Shown: positions 38,600-47,760, counted from the first letter of the stretch. The stretch is DNA of 57,673 bases from Actinomycetota bacterium (GCA_051744325.1 JBNJCY010000001.1:1-57673), one strand, 5' to 3'. Program-made: numbers and translations. Notes: generated by a model not told the origin, from the sequence alone.

Positions 38600-39057
38600 G
38601 TGCCGGCCGCGAAGTCATGCTGCCGCCACGCCTCGTAGGTCGCGATCGCGGCCGAGTTGGACAGGTTCAGGGAACGGATCCCGGGCAGCATCGGGATCCT
38701 GACGAGGTCGGTGACGCGCGGGTCCGCCAGCACCCAGGCCGGCAACCCGTCGGGCTCCGGGCCGAACAGGAGGGCGTCACCCGCCGCGTAGGCGATGTCG
38801 GTGTACCGGGTGGTGGCCCGCCCCGTGAACGCGTACAGGCGCCCGGGCAGGGCGGCGACGGCGGCGTCGAGGTCCGGGTGGACGACGACGCGGGCGAGGT
38901 CGTGGTAGTCGAGCCCGGCGCGGCGCAGGTGGGCGTCCGTCAGCTCGAACCCGAGCGGTTCCACGAGGTGCAGCGTCGCTCCCGTGCAGGCCACCATCCT
39001 GATGGCGTTGCCGGTGTTCGGCGGGATTCGCGGGGAGAAGAACACGACGTGGAACAC
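38596..39057 (-). CDS. trmL: tRNA (cytidine/uridine-2'-O)-methyltransferase TrmL
   Basis: MFHVVFFSPRIPPNTGNAIRMVACTGATLHLVEPLGF...RSLNLSNSAAIATYEAWRQ. Confidence 0.9.
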   Translation of the reverse strand: MFHVVFFSPRIPPNTGNAIRMVACTGATLHLVEPLGFELTDAHLRRAGLDYHDLARVVVHPDLDAAVAALPGRLYAFTGRATTRYTDIAYAAGDALLFGPEPDGLPAWVLADPRVTDLVRIPMLPGIRSLNLSNSAAIATYEAWRQHDFAAGT

Positions 39058-39067
39058 GGCCCCCAGC

Positions 39068-39479
39068 CTACTGGGGCGCCGGGGGAGGGCTGGACCCCAC
39101 CAGGTTCGCGGGGCGCCAGCCGCAGGCTGTTGAGGAAGGCGTCCTCCGAGGCGTGCTCCAGGTCGGACACCTTGAGGTCGGCCTCGCGAAGTCGCCCGTC
39201 CTCGAGCAGTTCCTCCCGCAGCACGCCGGGCAGCAGCCCGACCTCAGCCGGCGGGGTCAGCCACTCGTCCCCGATGCGCAGCGCGAGGTTCCGGTTGTGC
39301 ACTCGGTGAGCGGCCCACCCGGGGGTGTGGGAGATGACGTCGAACACGTCCGCCAGCGGCATCGTCTTGAGGGCCTCCAGCGCCCTCCCGCCGCATCCCA
39401 GGCGTCGCCGCCCTCGTAGCGCACGCCCGCCCACCACCCACGCCCCCGCCCGGGCGAGGGCCTCCGCCCGGGCCACCAC
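39068..39479 (-). pseudogene. Truncated, probably frameshifted remnant of a class IV aminotransferase / aminodeoxychorismate lyase-like gene
   Basis: ORF 38940..39479 contains only the C-terminal third of the fold (NRNLALRIGDEWLTPPAEVGLLPGVLREELL...ADLKVSDLEHASEDAFLNSLR). It then reads 118 nt into trmL. After NSL, a neighbouring frame gives GWRPANLVGSSPPPAPQ-stop, ending at about 39068 just before trmL. There is no room for the N-terminal two-thirds, because the PEBP gene occupies that space. Confidence 0.4.
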
Positions 39480-39538
39480 CCGCGGGCCTTCGGAGACGGA
39501 GGCCGCGAGGAGCGTATCGGCGGGCGGGTCGGTGAAGG

Positions 39539-39598
39539 CGCGCGGTCGCGGGGGTCGGCGGAGTCAGCGCGCGCCCGCGCGGTCGCGGGGGTCGGCGG
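39539..39598. repeat. 23-nt perfect direct repeat (cgcgcggtcgcgggggtcggcgg) x2, period 37 nt
   Basis: Copies at 39539-39561 and 39576-39598, in the non-coding or decayed stretch between the aminotransferase remnant and the PEBP gene. Confidence 0.5.
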
Positions 39599-39607
39599 GG
39601 ATGTCAA

Positions 39608-39631
39608 AGGCGGCCCGGGGAGATGCCGCCT
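39608..39631 (-). terminator. Hairpin just downstream of the PEBP-family gene stop
   Basis: 7-bp stem AGGCGGC/GCCGCCT with a 10-nt loop, 1 nt after the stop. On the minus-strand RNA it is followed by UUUGACAU. Confidence 0.4.
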
Positions 39632-39632
39632 C

Positions 39633-40160
39633 TCAGCGCTGGAAGGTGACCGTGAGGTACGCGCGGGCCAGGGTGTGGAACAGTGCGGTGAAGGAGGCCT
39701 TCGTCGCGGAGGAGTCCTCGTCCAGGTCGAGGGTGTCCACGTCGAGGGCGTGCACCGCGAAGATGTACCGGTGCACGTGGTCGCCCCTCGGCGGGGCGGC
39801 ACCCATGTACGCGTGGTCTCCGCCGTCGTTGCGCAGGTGGAACGCCGCGCCCGCCAGCGCGAGGTCCGATTCGCCGGCACCCTGTGCCAGTTCAGTCCTG
39901 GCGGAGTCGAGGTCCAGGACCGTCCAGTGCCAGAAGCCCGCCGGGGTGGGGGCATCCGGGTCGAAGCAGGTCACCATGAAGCCCTTCGTTCCCTCCGGGA
40001 AGCCGGACCACGAGAGGTGGGGGGAGATGTTGCCGCCCGCGGCGATGTGGAGCTCGGGCATCGGCTGGCTGTCCACCAGGTCATCCGAGCGCAACTCGAA
40101 CGTGGGGGTGGCGGGCAGGTACTCGTAGGGGTTCGGTGCGATGGGTCGGGTCAGGTCCAT
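39633..40160 (-). CDS. YbhB/YbcL-family Raf-kinase-inhibitor-like (PEBP) protein
   Basis: SPHLSWSGFPEGTKGFMVTCFDPDAPTPAGFWHWTV...GDHVHRYIFAVHALD is the PEBP signature. Confidence 0.88.
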   Translation of the reverse strand: MDLTRPIAPNPYEYLPATPTFELRSDDLVDSQPMPELHIAAGGNISPHLSWSGFPEGTKGFMVTCFDPDAPTPAGFWHWTVLDLDSARTELAQGAGESDLALAGAAFHLRNDGGDHAYMGAAPPRGDHVHRYIFAVHALDVDTLDLDEDSSATKASFTALFHTLARAYLTVTFQR

Positions 40161-40247
40161 GTCTACCTCCTTGCCCCTACGCTACTTCGCCGGCGCTCGG
40201 GACGGGTGGCGATGCTCCCCCCTTTCCCCGTGTTCCCCCTTTCCTCG

Positions 40248-40269
40248 TGTCGGTGGCAGGTCGTAGACT
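40248..40269 (+). promoter_or_regulatory. RecA-NDp / PafBC-type DNA-damage promoter motif TGTCGGTG-N8-TAGACT
   Basis: Exact match to the tTGTCRgtg-8nt-TAnnnT motif described for mycobacteria. The -10 element ends 7 nt before the imuA' ATG, which implies a leaderless transcript. Confidence 0.6.
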
Positions 40270-40284
40270 CGAACGCATGTTCGA
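40269..40284. promoter_or_regulatory. LexA SOS box TCGAAC-GCAT-GTTCGA
   Basis: Perfect match to the actinobacterial LexA consensus TCGAAC-N4-GTTCGA. It overlaps the -10/TSS region and the imuA' start codon. Confidence 0.75.
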
Positions 40285-40915
40285 CAATGAGCGGGTGGCC
40301 ACGGCCCGGGCAGCGCTCGCCCGTGCCGAGGTGGCCACGGGAGTGCGCTCTCGGCTGGGCACGGTGGACCTGCCCGCCGGCCTCGGCGCGCTCCTCCCCG
40401 GCGGGTTGGCCCGGGGGAGCGTGCTGGGCGTGCGTGGGTCCACGAGCGTCCTGTTCTCCGTCATGGCCGCGGCCATGGGGACCGACGGGTGGGCGGCGAG
40501 CATCGGAATGTCCGGCCTCGGGTGGCTCGCGGCCAGCGAGGCCGGGGTCGACCTCGCCCGGGTGGCCAGCATCCCCCGGGCCGGCGCCGCGGTGGCGGAC
40601 GTGGTCGCTGCCTGCGTGGACGGGTTCGACGTCGTCGTGCTCGGGGACGGCCTCGATCTCGGCGCCGGCGTCCGGCGCTCCCTGCTGGGACGCATCCGGT
40701 CCCACGGCACGGTGGTGCTCGCCACCTGGCCCGGGGCACCCGTGCTGCACGCCACCGTCCGCGGCGGCGAGGGCTGTGGGGCCGGCACCGGCCACCTGCG
40801 CGACCGCGTGGTCGCCGTACGGCGGGAGGGGGCGCCCACCACCGTCCTGCTTCGGATGGGGTCACGTCCTGAGTCCCTCACCCCCGCCCTCCGGCACCTG
40901 CAGGCGGTGTCCTGA
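40277..40915 (+). CDS. imuA': ImuA'-like RecA-fold protein of the SOS mutasome cassette
   Basis: 212 aa from the internal ATG. LPGGLARGSVLGVRGSTSVLFSVMAAA is a degenerate RecA/KaiC-like P-loop region. The gene sits directly upstream of imuB-dnaE2 and behind a LexA box. Confidence 0.72.
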   Translation: MFDNERVATARAALARAEVATGVRSRLGTVDLPAGLGALLPGGLARGSVLGVRGSTSVLFSVMAAAMGTDGWAASIGMSGLGWLAASEAGVDLARVASIPRAGAAVADVVAACVDGFDVVVLGDGLDLGAGVRRSLLGRIRSHGTVVLATWPGAPVLHATVRGGEGCGAGTGHLRDRVVAVRREGAPTTVLLRMGSRPESLTPALRHLQAVS

Positions 40916-42456
40916 TGCGCCTGGTGGTGGTGTGGATTCCGGACTGGCCAGTCGTCGCGGCTGTGGGTGAGGGACTGGCCGCCCCCGCGACCCCGGTGGC
41001 GGTGCACGACGGCCGCGGACTGGTGGTGGTCTCCGCCGCCGCGCGGGCGCTCGGAGTGCGCACAGGGATGCGGCGCCGCCACGCCCAGCGGGTCTGCCCG
41101 GACCTCGTCCTGCTCGCGAAGGACGAGGCCCGGGACGCGCGGGCCTTCGAGCCGGTGGTGCAGTCCGTGGAGGAGGTGGTCGCCGAGGTGGCGGTCCTGC
41201 GCCCGGGGATGGCGCTGGCCGAGGCGGCCGGCCCCGTCCGGCACGCCGGGTCGGAGGAGGCGCTCGCCGAGGCCGTGGTCGGGGCGGTGGCCCGCCACAG
41301 CGGGGCGGAGGCGTACGTGGGGATCGCGCAGGGGTTGCTCACCGCGATCCTCGCGGCGCGCGCCTCAGCGATCGTGCCCGGGCCGGGGACCTCGGCGTTC
41401 CTGGCCGGACACCCGGTCACCGCGCTGCGGCACGGCGCGATGACCCGGCAGTCCCGTGAGGAGGTGGACGCCCTCCTCGAGGTGTTCGGCCAGCTCGGCC
41501 TCCGCACTCTCGGCGACATCGCCGCCCTGCCCGCCGCGGACATGCTGGCCCGGTTCGGCGAGGCCGGACGGAGGGCGCACGCCCTGGCCCGGGGGGCCTT
41601 CGTCCCCACCGTCCCGGGGGAACGGCTGCAGGGGGCCGTGGTGGTGTCCCGGGAGCTGGACCCGCCCCTGGAGCGGTCCGATGCGGCGGCCTTCGCCGCC
41701 CGCACGCTGGCGGAGGAACTCACCGGCCGCCTGGCCGGGCGGGCCTGCGGCCGGTTGCGGGTGACGGCGCGTACCACCGACGGCGCCGAGCTCTCCCGGC
41801 TCTGGACGGCCGAGTCCGTCCTTGACGCCGCCGAGGCCACCGACCGGGTGCGCTGGCAGCTCGACGGTTGGCTCTCGGGACGCAGCGGGGTTCCCCCCAG
41901 CGCGCCGCTGCACGTCCTGGAACTCGCGGCGGAGGAACTCCGCGGGGCGCTGGCCGGCCAGGAGCAGCTGTGGGGGCGGCCGGGCCGTTCGGCGGCCCAG
42001 GCGCAGCGCACGGTCGTGCGGCTGCAGGGCATGCTCTCCGAGGCCGTGTGGCGGCCGGTACTGCAGGGCGGACGGGATCCCCGGACCCGGGTCCGGCTGG
42101 TCGCCTGGAACGACGACCCGGTGGCGCTGCGCCGCCTCGACGCCCCCTGGCCGGGGCAGCTGCCGTCCCCCGCTCCCAGCACCGTGTTCGACCACCCCCG
42201 CGAGGTGGGGGTGTACGACGACGCCGGCCGGATGGTCGCCGTCGATGCGCGCGGGCAGGTCAGTGCCGTCCCGGTGCGCGTGGCGGCGGACCGGGACCAC
42301 GCCGTCGTCGCGTGGTCCGGGCCGTGGCCGATCAGCGAGACGTGGTGGTCCGCGCCGCGCCGTGGAGCGTGGCTGCAGGTCACCCCCGCCGAGGGGCCGT
42401 CGATGCTGCTGTCCGCCCAGGGCGGCACGTGGCTGCTGGAGGGGCTCTATGACTAG
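40915..42456 (+). CDS. imuB: ImuB, catalytically inactive Y-family polymerase-like mutasome subunit
   Basis: MRLVVVWIPDWPVVAA...ARALGVRTGMRRRHAQRVCPDLVLL is typical of ImuB. It lacks the canonical DxD catalytic start seen in DinB. There is a 1-nt overlap with imuA'. Confidence 0.88.
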   Translation: MRLVVVWIPDWPVVAAVGEGLAAPATPVAVHDGRGLVVVSAAARALGVRTGMRRRHAQRVCPDLVLLAKDEARDARAFEPVVQSVEEVVAEVAVLRPGMALAEAAGPVRHAGSEEALAEAVVGAVARHSGAEAYVGIAQGLLTAILAARASAIVPGPGTSAFLAGHPVTALRHGAMTRQSREEVDALLEVFGQLGLRTLGDIAALPAADMLARFGEAGRRAHALARGAFVPTVPGERLQGAVVVSRELDPPLERSDAAAFAARTLAEELTGRLAGRACGRLRVTARTTDGAELSRLWTAESVLDAAEATDRVRWQLDGWLSGRSGVPPSAPLHVLELAAEELRGALAGQEQLWGRPGRSAAQAQRTVVRLQGMLSEAVWRPVLQGGRDPRTRVRLVAWNDDPVALRRLDAPWPGQLPSPAPSTVFDHPREVGVYDDAGRMVAVDARGQVSAVPVRVAADRDHAVVAWSGPWPISETWWSAPRRGAWLQVTPAEGPSMLLSAQGGTWLLEGLYD

Positions 42457-45400
42457 GTACGCCGAACTGCACGCCCACTCGGCGTTCTCCTTCCTCGACG
42501 GCGCCAGCCAGCCCGAGGAGCTGGTGGCCGAGGCTGCGCGGCTGGGCCTCACCGGGATCGGACTCACCGACCACAACGGGTTGTACGGGGTGGTGCGCCT
42601 GGCTGAGGCGGCCCGAACCGCCGGCATGCCCACGGTGCTGGGGGCGGAGCTAACCCTGGGTGGGGCGGCTCGCACCGGGGGCCGGGCGGTGGACGAGGCC
42701 GCCGCCCACGACCCGTCCGGGCCGCACCTGCTCGTCCTCGCCCGCGGGCCGGAGGGATACCGGCGGCTGTCCCACGCCATCGCCGAGGCCCACCTGCGGA
42801 CCGGGCGCAAGGACGTGGCCGACCACACGGTGGAGGAGCTGGCGGGGGCGGCCGAGGGCAACTGGCTGGTGCTCACCGGGTGCCGCAAGGGCTCGGCACG
42901 CCGCGCGCTGCGGTACGGGGGAGCCGAGTCCGCGCGTGCCGAGCTGGACCGGCTCGTCGCCCTGTTCGGGGCCGGCAACGTGGCGGTCGAGATCACCCAC
43001 CACCAGACCGCCGCGGACGAGGCGCTGCACGACACCCTGGCAGAACTCGCGGACGCGGCCCGCCTCCCGCTCGTGGCGACGGGAGGGGTGCACTGCGCGC
43101 GCCCCTCCGACCAGGACCTCGCCGACGTGCTGGCCGCCACCCGCGCCCGGCGCACCGTGGAGGAGCTGGACGGCTGGCTGCCCGCCCACCCCGCGCACCT
43201 GCGCTCCGCGGCGGAGATGCTCGCGCTGCACCGCCGCCATCCCGGCGCCGTCGCCACCGCCGCGTCCCTCGCCGCCGAGTGCTCCTTCGACCTGAACCTC
43301 ATCGCCCCCCACCTGCCCCCGCACCCGGTGCCGGACGGACACACGGAGGCCACGTGGCTGGCCGAACTCACCCACCGGGGGGCGAGCGAGCGCTACGGGC
43401 CCCGCCACGCCGAGCGCATGCCGGGCGCGTGGGCCACCATCGACAAGGAGCTGGCGATCATCACGGAGCTGGGTTTTCCCGGCTACTTCCTGATCGTCCA
43501 CGAGATCGTCGACTTCTGCCGGCGGCAGGGCATCCTCTGCCAGGGGCGCGGCTCGGCGGCCAACTCGGCGGTGTGCTTCGCGCTCGGGATCACGGCGGTG
43601 GACGCCGTGCGCCACCGGATGCTGTTCGAGCGGTTCCTCTCCCCGGGGCGCTCCGGGCCGCCCGACATCGACATGGACATCGAGTCCGGCCGCCGCGAGG
43701 AGGTCATCCAGTTCGTCTACGACCGCTACGGCCGCCGCCACGCCGCCCAGGTGGCCAACGTGATCTCCTACCGGCCACGCTCCGCGGTGCGGGACGTGGC
43801 CCGCGCGCTGGGGTACGACATCGGGCAGGCCGACGCCTGGTCCAAGCAGATCGAGCGCTGGAAGGATGTGCCGGACGACGTCGGCATCCCCACGCCTGTG
43901 GCGGCCCTCGCCCAGCGCATGCTGCGCCTGCCCCGCCACCTCGGCATCCACTCCGGCGGCATGGTGCTGTGCGACCGGCCCGTCATCGACGTCTGTCCCG
44001 TCGAGTGGGCCACCATGCCGGGGCGCACCGTGCTGCAGTGGGACAAGGACGACTGCGCGGACGCCGGACTGGTCAAGTTCGACCTCCTCGGCCTGGGCAT
44101 GCTCACCGCGTTGCGGATCGCGTTCGCCGAGCTCACCGCGCAGGGGGTGCTCCACGAGGGCCGCCCGATCGGGCTGCACGACCTGCCCCAGGACGACCCA
44201 CCCGTCTACGACCTGATGTGCGCCGCGGACACGGTGGGGATCTTCCAGGTGGAGTCGCGCGCCCAGATGGCCACCCTGCCACGGCTGCGCCCCCGCTGCT
44301 TCTACGACCTCGTGGTGGAGGTCGCCCTCATCCGGCCCGGCCCCATCCAGGGTGGCTCGGTGAACCCCTACCTCCGCCGCCGGCTCGGGACCGAGCCCGC
44401 CACCTATCTCCATCCGCTGCTCAGGCCCGCCCTGGAGAAGACGCTCGGGGTCCCGCTGTTCCAGGAGCAGCTCATGCAGATCGCAGTCGACGTCGCCGGA
44501 TTCACCCCCGCCGAGGCGGACCGGTTGCGGAAGGCGATGGGCTCCAAGCGGTCGCTGGAGAAGATGGAGGCGCTGCGCGGGCGGCTGATGGAGGGGATGG
44601 CAGCCAACGGCATCACCCCGGAGGTGGGGGAGCGGATCTTCGCTAAACTGCAGGCATTCGCGGACTTCGGCTTCCCCGAGTCACACTCCTTCTCCTTCGC
44701 CTACCTCGTGTACGCGTCCGCCTGGCTCAAGGTGCACCACCCCGAGGCGTTCTACGCCGCCCTACTGGCCTCCCAGCCGATGGGGTTCTACTCGCCTCAG
44801 ACCCTCGTCGCGGACGCCCGCCGCCACGGGGTGCGCGTCCTCGCCGCGGACGTCACCGCCTCCGGGGTCCAGCCGGGAGTCGAGCGGGTGGCGGGCGGCG
44901 GCGTCGCCCCTCCCGACGGCGTCCCCCGCACCCCCGACGGCGTCCCCCTCGTCCGCCCCAACCCCCGCCTCGCGGTCCGGCTGGGGCTGGCCCAGGTCCG
45001 CACCATCGGCGGGGACAAGGCGGCCGAGATCGTCGCGGAACGGGAGCGGGAACCGTTCACCTCGCTCGCGGACCTCGCCCGGCGCGTGCCGCTCACCCGA
45101 GAGCAGCTCGAGGCGCTCGCCACCGCCGACGCGCTGCGTGCCTGGGGGAGCCGCCGGGAGAACCTCTGGTCGGCCGGGGCGCTGGCCCAGGAGTACGGCG
45201 TGGTGCACGAGGCGTGGCTCCAGCCCCCGCTGCCGGGTACCGCCGTCGGGGCGCGGCCGCCGGCACTGCCGGCGATGGACGAGGTGGAGGAGGCGGTGGC
45301 GGACGTGTGGGCCACCGGGGTCACCCCGCACACCTTCCCCACCCGGTTCGTCCGGCCTCGGCTGGAGGCATCCGGGGTGGTGGCGGTGGCGGACCTGGAG

Positions 45401-45688
45401 CGCCGCGAGCCGGGGGAGCGGCTCAGGGTGGGAGGAGTGGTCACCCATCGGCAGCGCCCGCACACCGCCTCGGGGATCACGTTCCTATCGTTGGAGGACG
45501 AGACCGGCCTGCTGAACGTGGTGTGCTCGGCGGGCCTGTGGCGGCGGTACCGGAGGCTGGCGCGCACGAGCGCGGCCCTCGTGGTCCGCGGCACGCTGGA
45601 GCGGGCGGACGGCGTCACCAGCCTCGTGGCGGACGGCATGGAGCACCTGTCGCTCGAGGTGCCCTCACGGTCACGGGACTTCCGGTGA
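42449..45688 (+). CDS. dnaE2: Error-prone DNA polymerase DnaE2 (ImuC)
   Basis: From the internal ATG: YAELHAHSAFSFLDGAS (PHP domain), GFPGYFLIV, PDIDMDIES, RHLGIHSGGMVL, QVESRAQM, plus a C-terminal OB domain. It is about 1079 aa and overlaps the imuB stop by 8 nt. Confidence 0.95.
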   Translation: MTRYAELHAHSAFSFLDGASQPEELVAEAARLGLTGIGLTDHNGLYGVVRLAEAARTAGMPTVLGAELTLGGAARTGGRAVDEAAAHDPSGPHLLVLARGPEGYRRLSHAIAEAHLRTGRKDVADHTVEELAGAAEGNWLVLTGCRKGSARRALRYGGAESARAELDRLVALFGAGNVAVEITHHQTAADEALHDTLAELADAARLPLVATGGVHCARPSDQDLADVLAATRARRTVEELDGWLPAHPAHLRSAAEMLALHRRHPGAVATAASLAAECSFDLNLIAPHLPPHPVPDGHTEATWLAELTHRGASERYGPRHAERMPGAWATIDKELAIITELGFPGYFLIVHEIVDFCRRQGILCQGRGSAANSAVCFALGITAVDAVRHRMLFERFLSPGRSGPPDIDMDIESGRREEVIQFVYDRYGRRHAAQVANVISYRPRSAVRDVARALGYDIGQADAWSKQIERWKDVPDDVGIPTPVAALAQRMLRLPRHLGIHSGGMVLCDRPVIDVCPVEWATMPGRTVLQWDKDDCADAGLVKFDLLGLGMLTALRIAFAELTAQGVLHEGRPIGLHDLPQDDPPVYDLMCAADTVGIFQVESRAQMATLPRLRPRCFYDLVVEVALIRPGPIQGGSVNPYLRRRLGTEPATYLHPLLRPALEKTLGVPLFQEQLMQIAVDVAGFTPAEADRLRKAMGSKRSLEKMEALRGRLMEGMAANGITPEVGERIFAKLQAFADFGFPESHSFSFAYLVYASAWLKVHHPEAFYAALLASQPMGFYSPQTLVADARRHGVRVLAADVTASGVQPGVERVAGGGVAPPDGVPRTPDGVPLVRPNPRLAVRLGLAQVRTIGGDKAAEIVAEREREPFTSLADLARRVPLTREQLEALATADALRAWGSRRENLWSAGALAQEYGVVHEAWLQPPLPGTAVGARPPALPAMDEVEEAVADVWATGVTPHTFPTRFVRPRLEASGVVAVADLERREPGERLRVGGVVTHRQRPHTASGITFLSLEDETGLLNVVCSAGLWRRYRRLARTSAALVVRGTLERADGVTSLVADGMEHLSLEVPSRSRDFR

Positions 45689-47065
45689 GCTCTTCCTGTG
45701 CCGCGCCACCGGCGCGAGGTGGGTGCCGCCTCCCGCGACGAGTGAGGCCCGGGTGGTCTCGTGCGGCCGTCGCGGTCGCCCGGTCGATGTGTCCGGGATC
45801 TCGCGTAGCGGGGGATCGCCGGTCCGCAGGGTCGTGAACACCGCCCAGAGGACGGCGAGCAGCGGGATCGCGATGATCGCTCCGAGGAGCCCTACCAGGA
45901 AGGTCCCGGCCGTCACGCCGAGGGCCACGACCACCGGGTGGAGCGAGACCTGCTTGCCCATCACGAACGGCTCGAGGATGTGCCCCTCGATCTGCCCGAT
46001 CATGGCCACGCCGACCGTCACGATGAGCGCCTGGATGAACCCTCCGGTGGCGAGCGCGACCACGGCAGCCACGATCATGGCCAGCGGGGCACCGATGAGG
46101 GGCACGAAGGCGCCCACGAACACGAGAACGGCGAGTGGCGCCGCCAGCGGGACCCCCACCACGAGCAGGAGGATGAACGCCAGAATGCCGTCCACCGTGG
46201 CAACGATCATCGTCCCGCGGGCGTACCCGGAGAACGTGTACCAACCGGCGCTCGCGGCCCGGTGCACCCCCAGTCGGTTGCGCGCGGGCAACTGGTTCAG
46301 AAACCAGAGCCACATCCGCCTCCCGGACAGCAGCAGGAAGATGGTGATGAACAGGCTCAGGGCGAAGATCGTGAACACGATCGCCACCGCCCCGGCGTTG
46401 GAGACCACCTGCCCGGCGAGGTCGCCCGCGTTGCTCTGGACGTAGTCGGTGGCCTCCCGGATCAGGTCGTTGACCCAGTCGTAGACCTCGTCCTGGGTGA
46501 CGTGCCACGGCAGCGGGCCGTTCTCGAGGAAGTCGAGGATGGTGCCGATGCCGTCCTCGAACCGGCGGGCGAGGCTGTCCCACTGTCCCACCACGGAGGA
46601 GACCACATAGTACAGGAGCCCCGCGAAGAACAGGAACGAGGCGAGCAGGGCGAGCACGACCGCGATCGGGCGGGGCATGGCACGCGAGAAGTGGTCCGCC
46701 ACGGGGTTGAGCACCGAGGTGAAGACGAGTGCCACGAACACCGCGATGAAGACCAGCTGGATCCGCGTGGTCGCGAACACCGCCAGTGAGACGACGATGA
46801 TGATCCCGATCAGGTACCAGCTGATCAGCCCGAACTTCGCCAGCCAGGGCGGGACTGTGCTGCGCGCGCCACGGCCGGACCCGCCGTCGGCGACCCTCCG
46901 GACCGAGACGCGGCCGGCCGTTGTGGGGCGGGGCCGCAGCACGGGGACCGGGACGTACCCGGTCTCGGGGACGAGGAGGTCATGCCCGGGGGCCGCGCGG
47001 CCCGACCTTCGGTAGGTCGCTCTGGCCGCGCGGATCGCGGCTGCGGTCCTCGCAAAACGTGGCAT
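45671..47065 (-). CDS. AI-2E family transporter (PerM/UPF0118)
   Basis: 464 aa from the internal ATG at 47065. It is polytopic, with PLIGAPLAMIVAAVVAL...QIEGHILEPFVMGKQVSLHPVVV typical of the family. The listed 869-aa ORF is an artefactual read-through. The gene overlaps the dnaE2 3' end by 18 nt (convergent). Confidence 0.85.
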   Translation of the reverse strand: MPRFARTAAAIRAARATYRRSGRAAPGHDLLVPETGYVPVPVLRPRPTTAGRVSVRRVADGGSGRGARSTVPPWLAKFGLISWYLIGIIIVVSLAVFATTRIQLVFIAVFVALVFTSVLNPVADHFSRAMPRPIAVVLALLASFLFFAGLLYYVVSSVVGQWDSLARRFEDGIGTILDFLENGPLPWHVTQDEVYDWVNDLIREATDYVQSNAGDLAGQVVSNAGAVAIVFTIFALSLFITIFLLLSGRRMWLWFLNQLPARNRLGVHRAASAGWYTFSGYARGTMIVATVDGILAFILLLVVGVPLAAPLAVLVFVGAFVPLIGAPLAMIVAAVVALATGGFIQALIVTVGVAMIGQIEGHILEPFVMGKQVSLHPVVVALGVTAGTFLVGLLGAIIAIPLLAVLWAVFTTLRTGDPPLREIPDTSTGRPRRPHETTRASLVAGGGTHLAPVARHRKSSPEVP

Positions 47066-47118
47066 CACTCCAAGTGTGCCCCAGCGCGGTGTCGTCGTGG
47101 TGACGTGCCGGTCGCGTG

Positions 47119-47760
47119 TCAGCCCAGCAGCAGCCGGCCGACAGCGGCCGGGCTCTCCGCCACGGCCCACGCCCCCTCGGACTCCTCGGGGGCACCGTAG
47201 CCCCATGCGGCGAAGACGGTCCGCAGCCCGTGTTCGGCCGCCCCCTCGACGTCGTGGTGCCGGTCGCCGACGAGGACTGCATCCGACCCGTCCATGCCGG
47301 ATTCGGAGAGCAGTGCCAGCGCCCGGCCGAGCACCCAGGCCTTCCCGGCGTTGTGCTCGGTCCGGTCCGCCCCGGCGACGACGGTGAACGCTTCCCCCAG
47401 GCCCTGGGCGGCGAGGATGCGCACCACGAGGTCCTCCCGCTTCGAGCTGGCGACCCCGAGCACCCACCCGGCCTCCGCCAGAGCGGTGAGCAGCGCCGGG
47501 ATCCCCGGGAACGGCGGCGCCTCGGTCATGCGCTCCACGTAGGTCGCCCGGTAGCGAGTCCGGAACTCCGGCACCAGTTCCGGGGGAAGTCCGAGGACCT
47601 CCGTGATTCCCTGGGGGAGGGGCGGGCCGACGAACCCGCGCAAGCGCTGCGGCGGCGGCACCGGGTACCCGAAGTGCCTCAGGGTGGCGGAGGCCGCCGC
47701 CATGATGGTCGGACCGGAGTCGGCGATGGTGCCGTCGAAGTCGAAGAGGGCGATGTGCAC
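47119..47760 (-). CDS. HAD-family hydrolase (phosphoglycolate phosphatase-like)
   Basis: ALFDFDGTIADS, GVASSK, LVGDRHHDVEGA. Confidence 0.85.
   Translation of the reverse strand: MHIALFDFDGTIADSGPTIMAAASATLRHFGYPVPPPQRLRGFVGPPLPQGITEVLGLPPELVPEFRTRYRATYVERMTEAPPFPGIPALLTALAEAGWVLGVASSKREDLVVRILAAQGLGEAFTVVAGADRTEHNAGKAWVLGRALALLSESGMDGSDAVLVGDRHHDVEGAAEHGLRTVFAAWGYGAPEESEGAWAVAESPAAVGRLLLG

Noticed and set aside
39539-39598. Direct repeats considered as a mini CRISPR array
   Set aside because: There are only two 23-nt copies with a 14-nt spacer, and no cas genes in the window.
41365-43371. A 668-aa minus-strand ORF, plus other long alternative-frame ORFs over imuB/dnaE2 (for example 42880..44646 and 42650..44413)
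   Set aside because: They overlap strongly supported imuB and dnaE2 coding frames. Their composition is Arg/Pro/Gly-rich and they carry no motifs.
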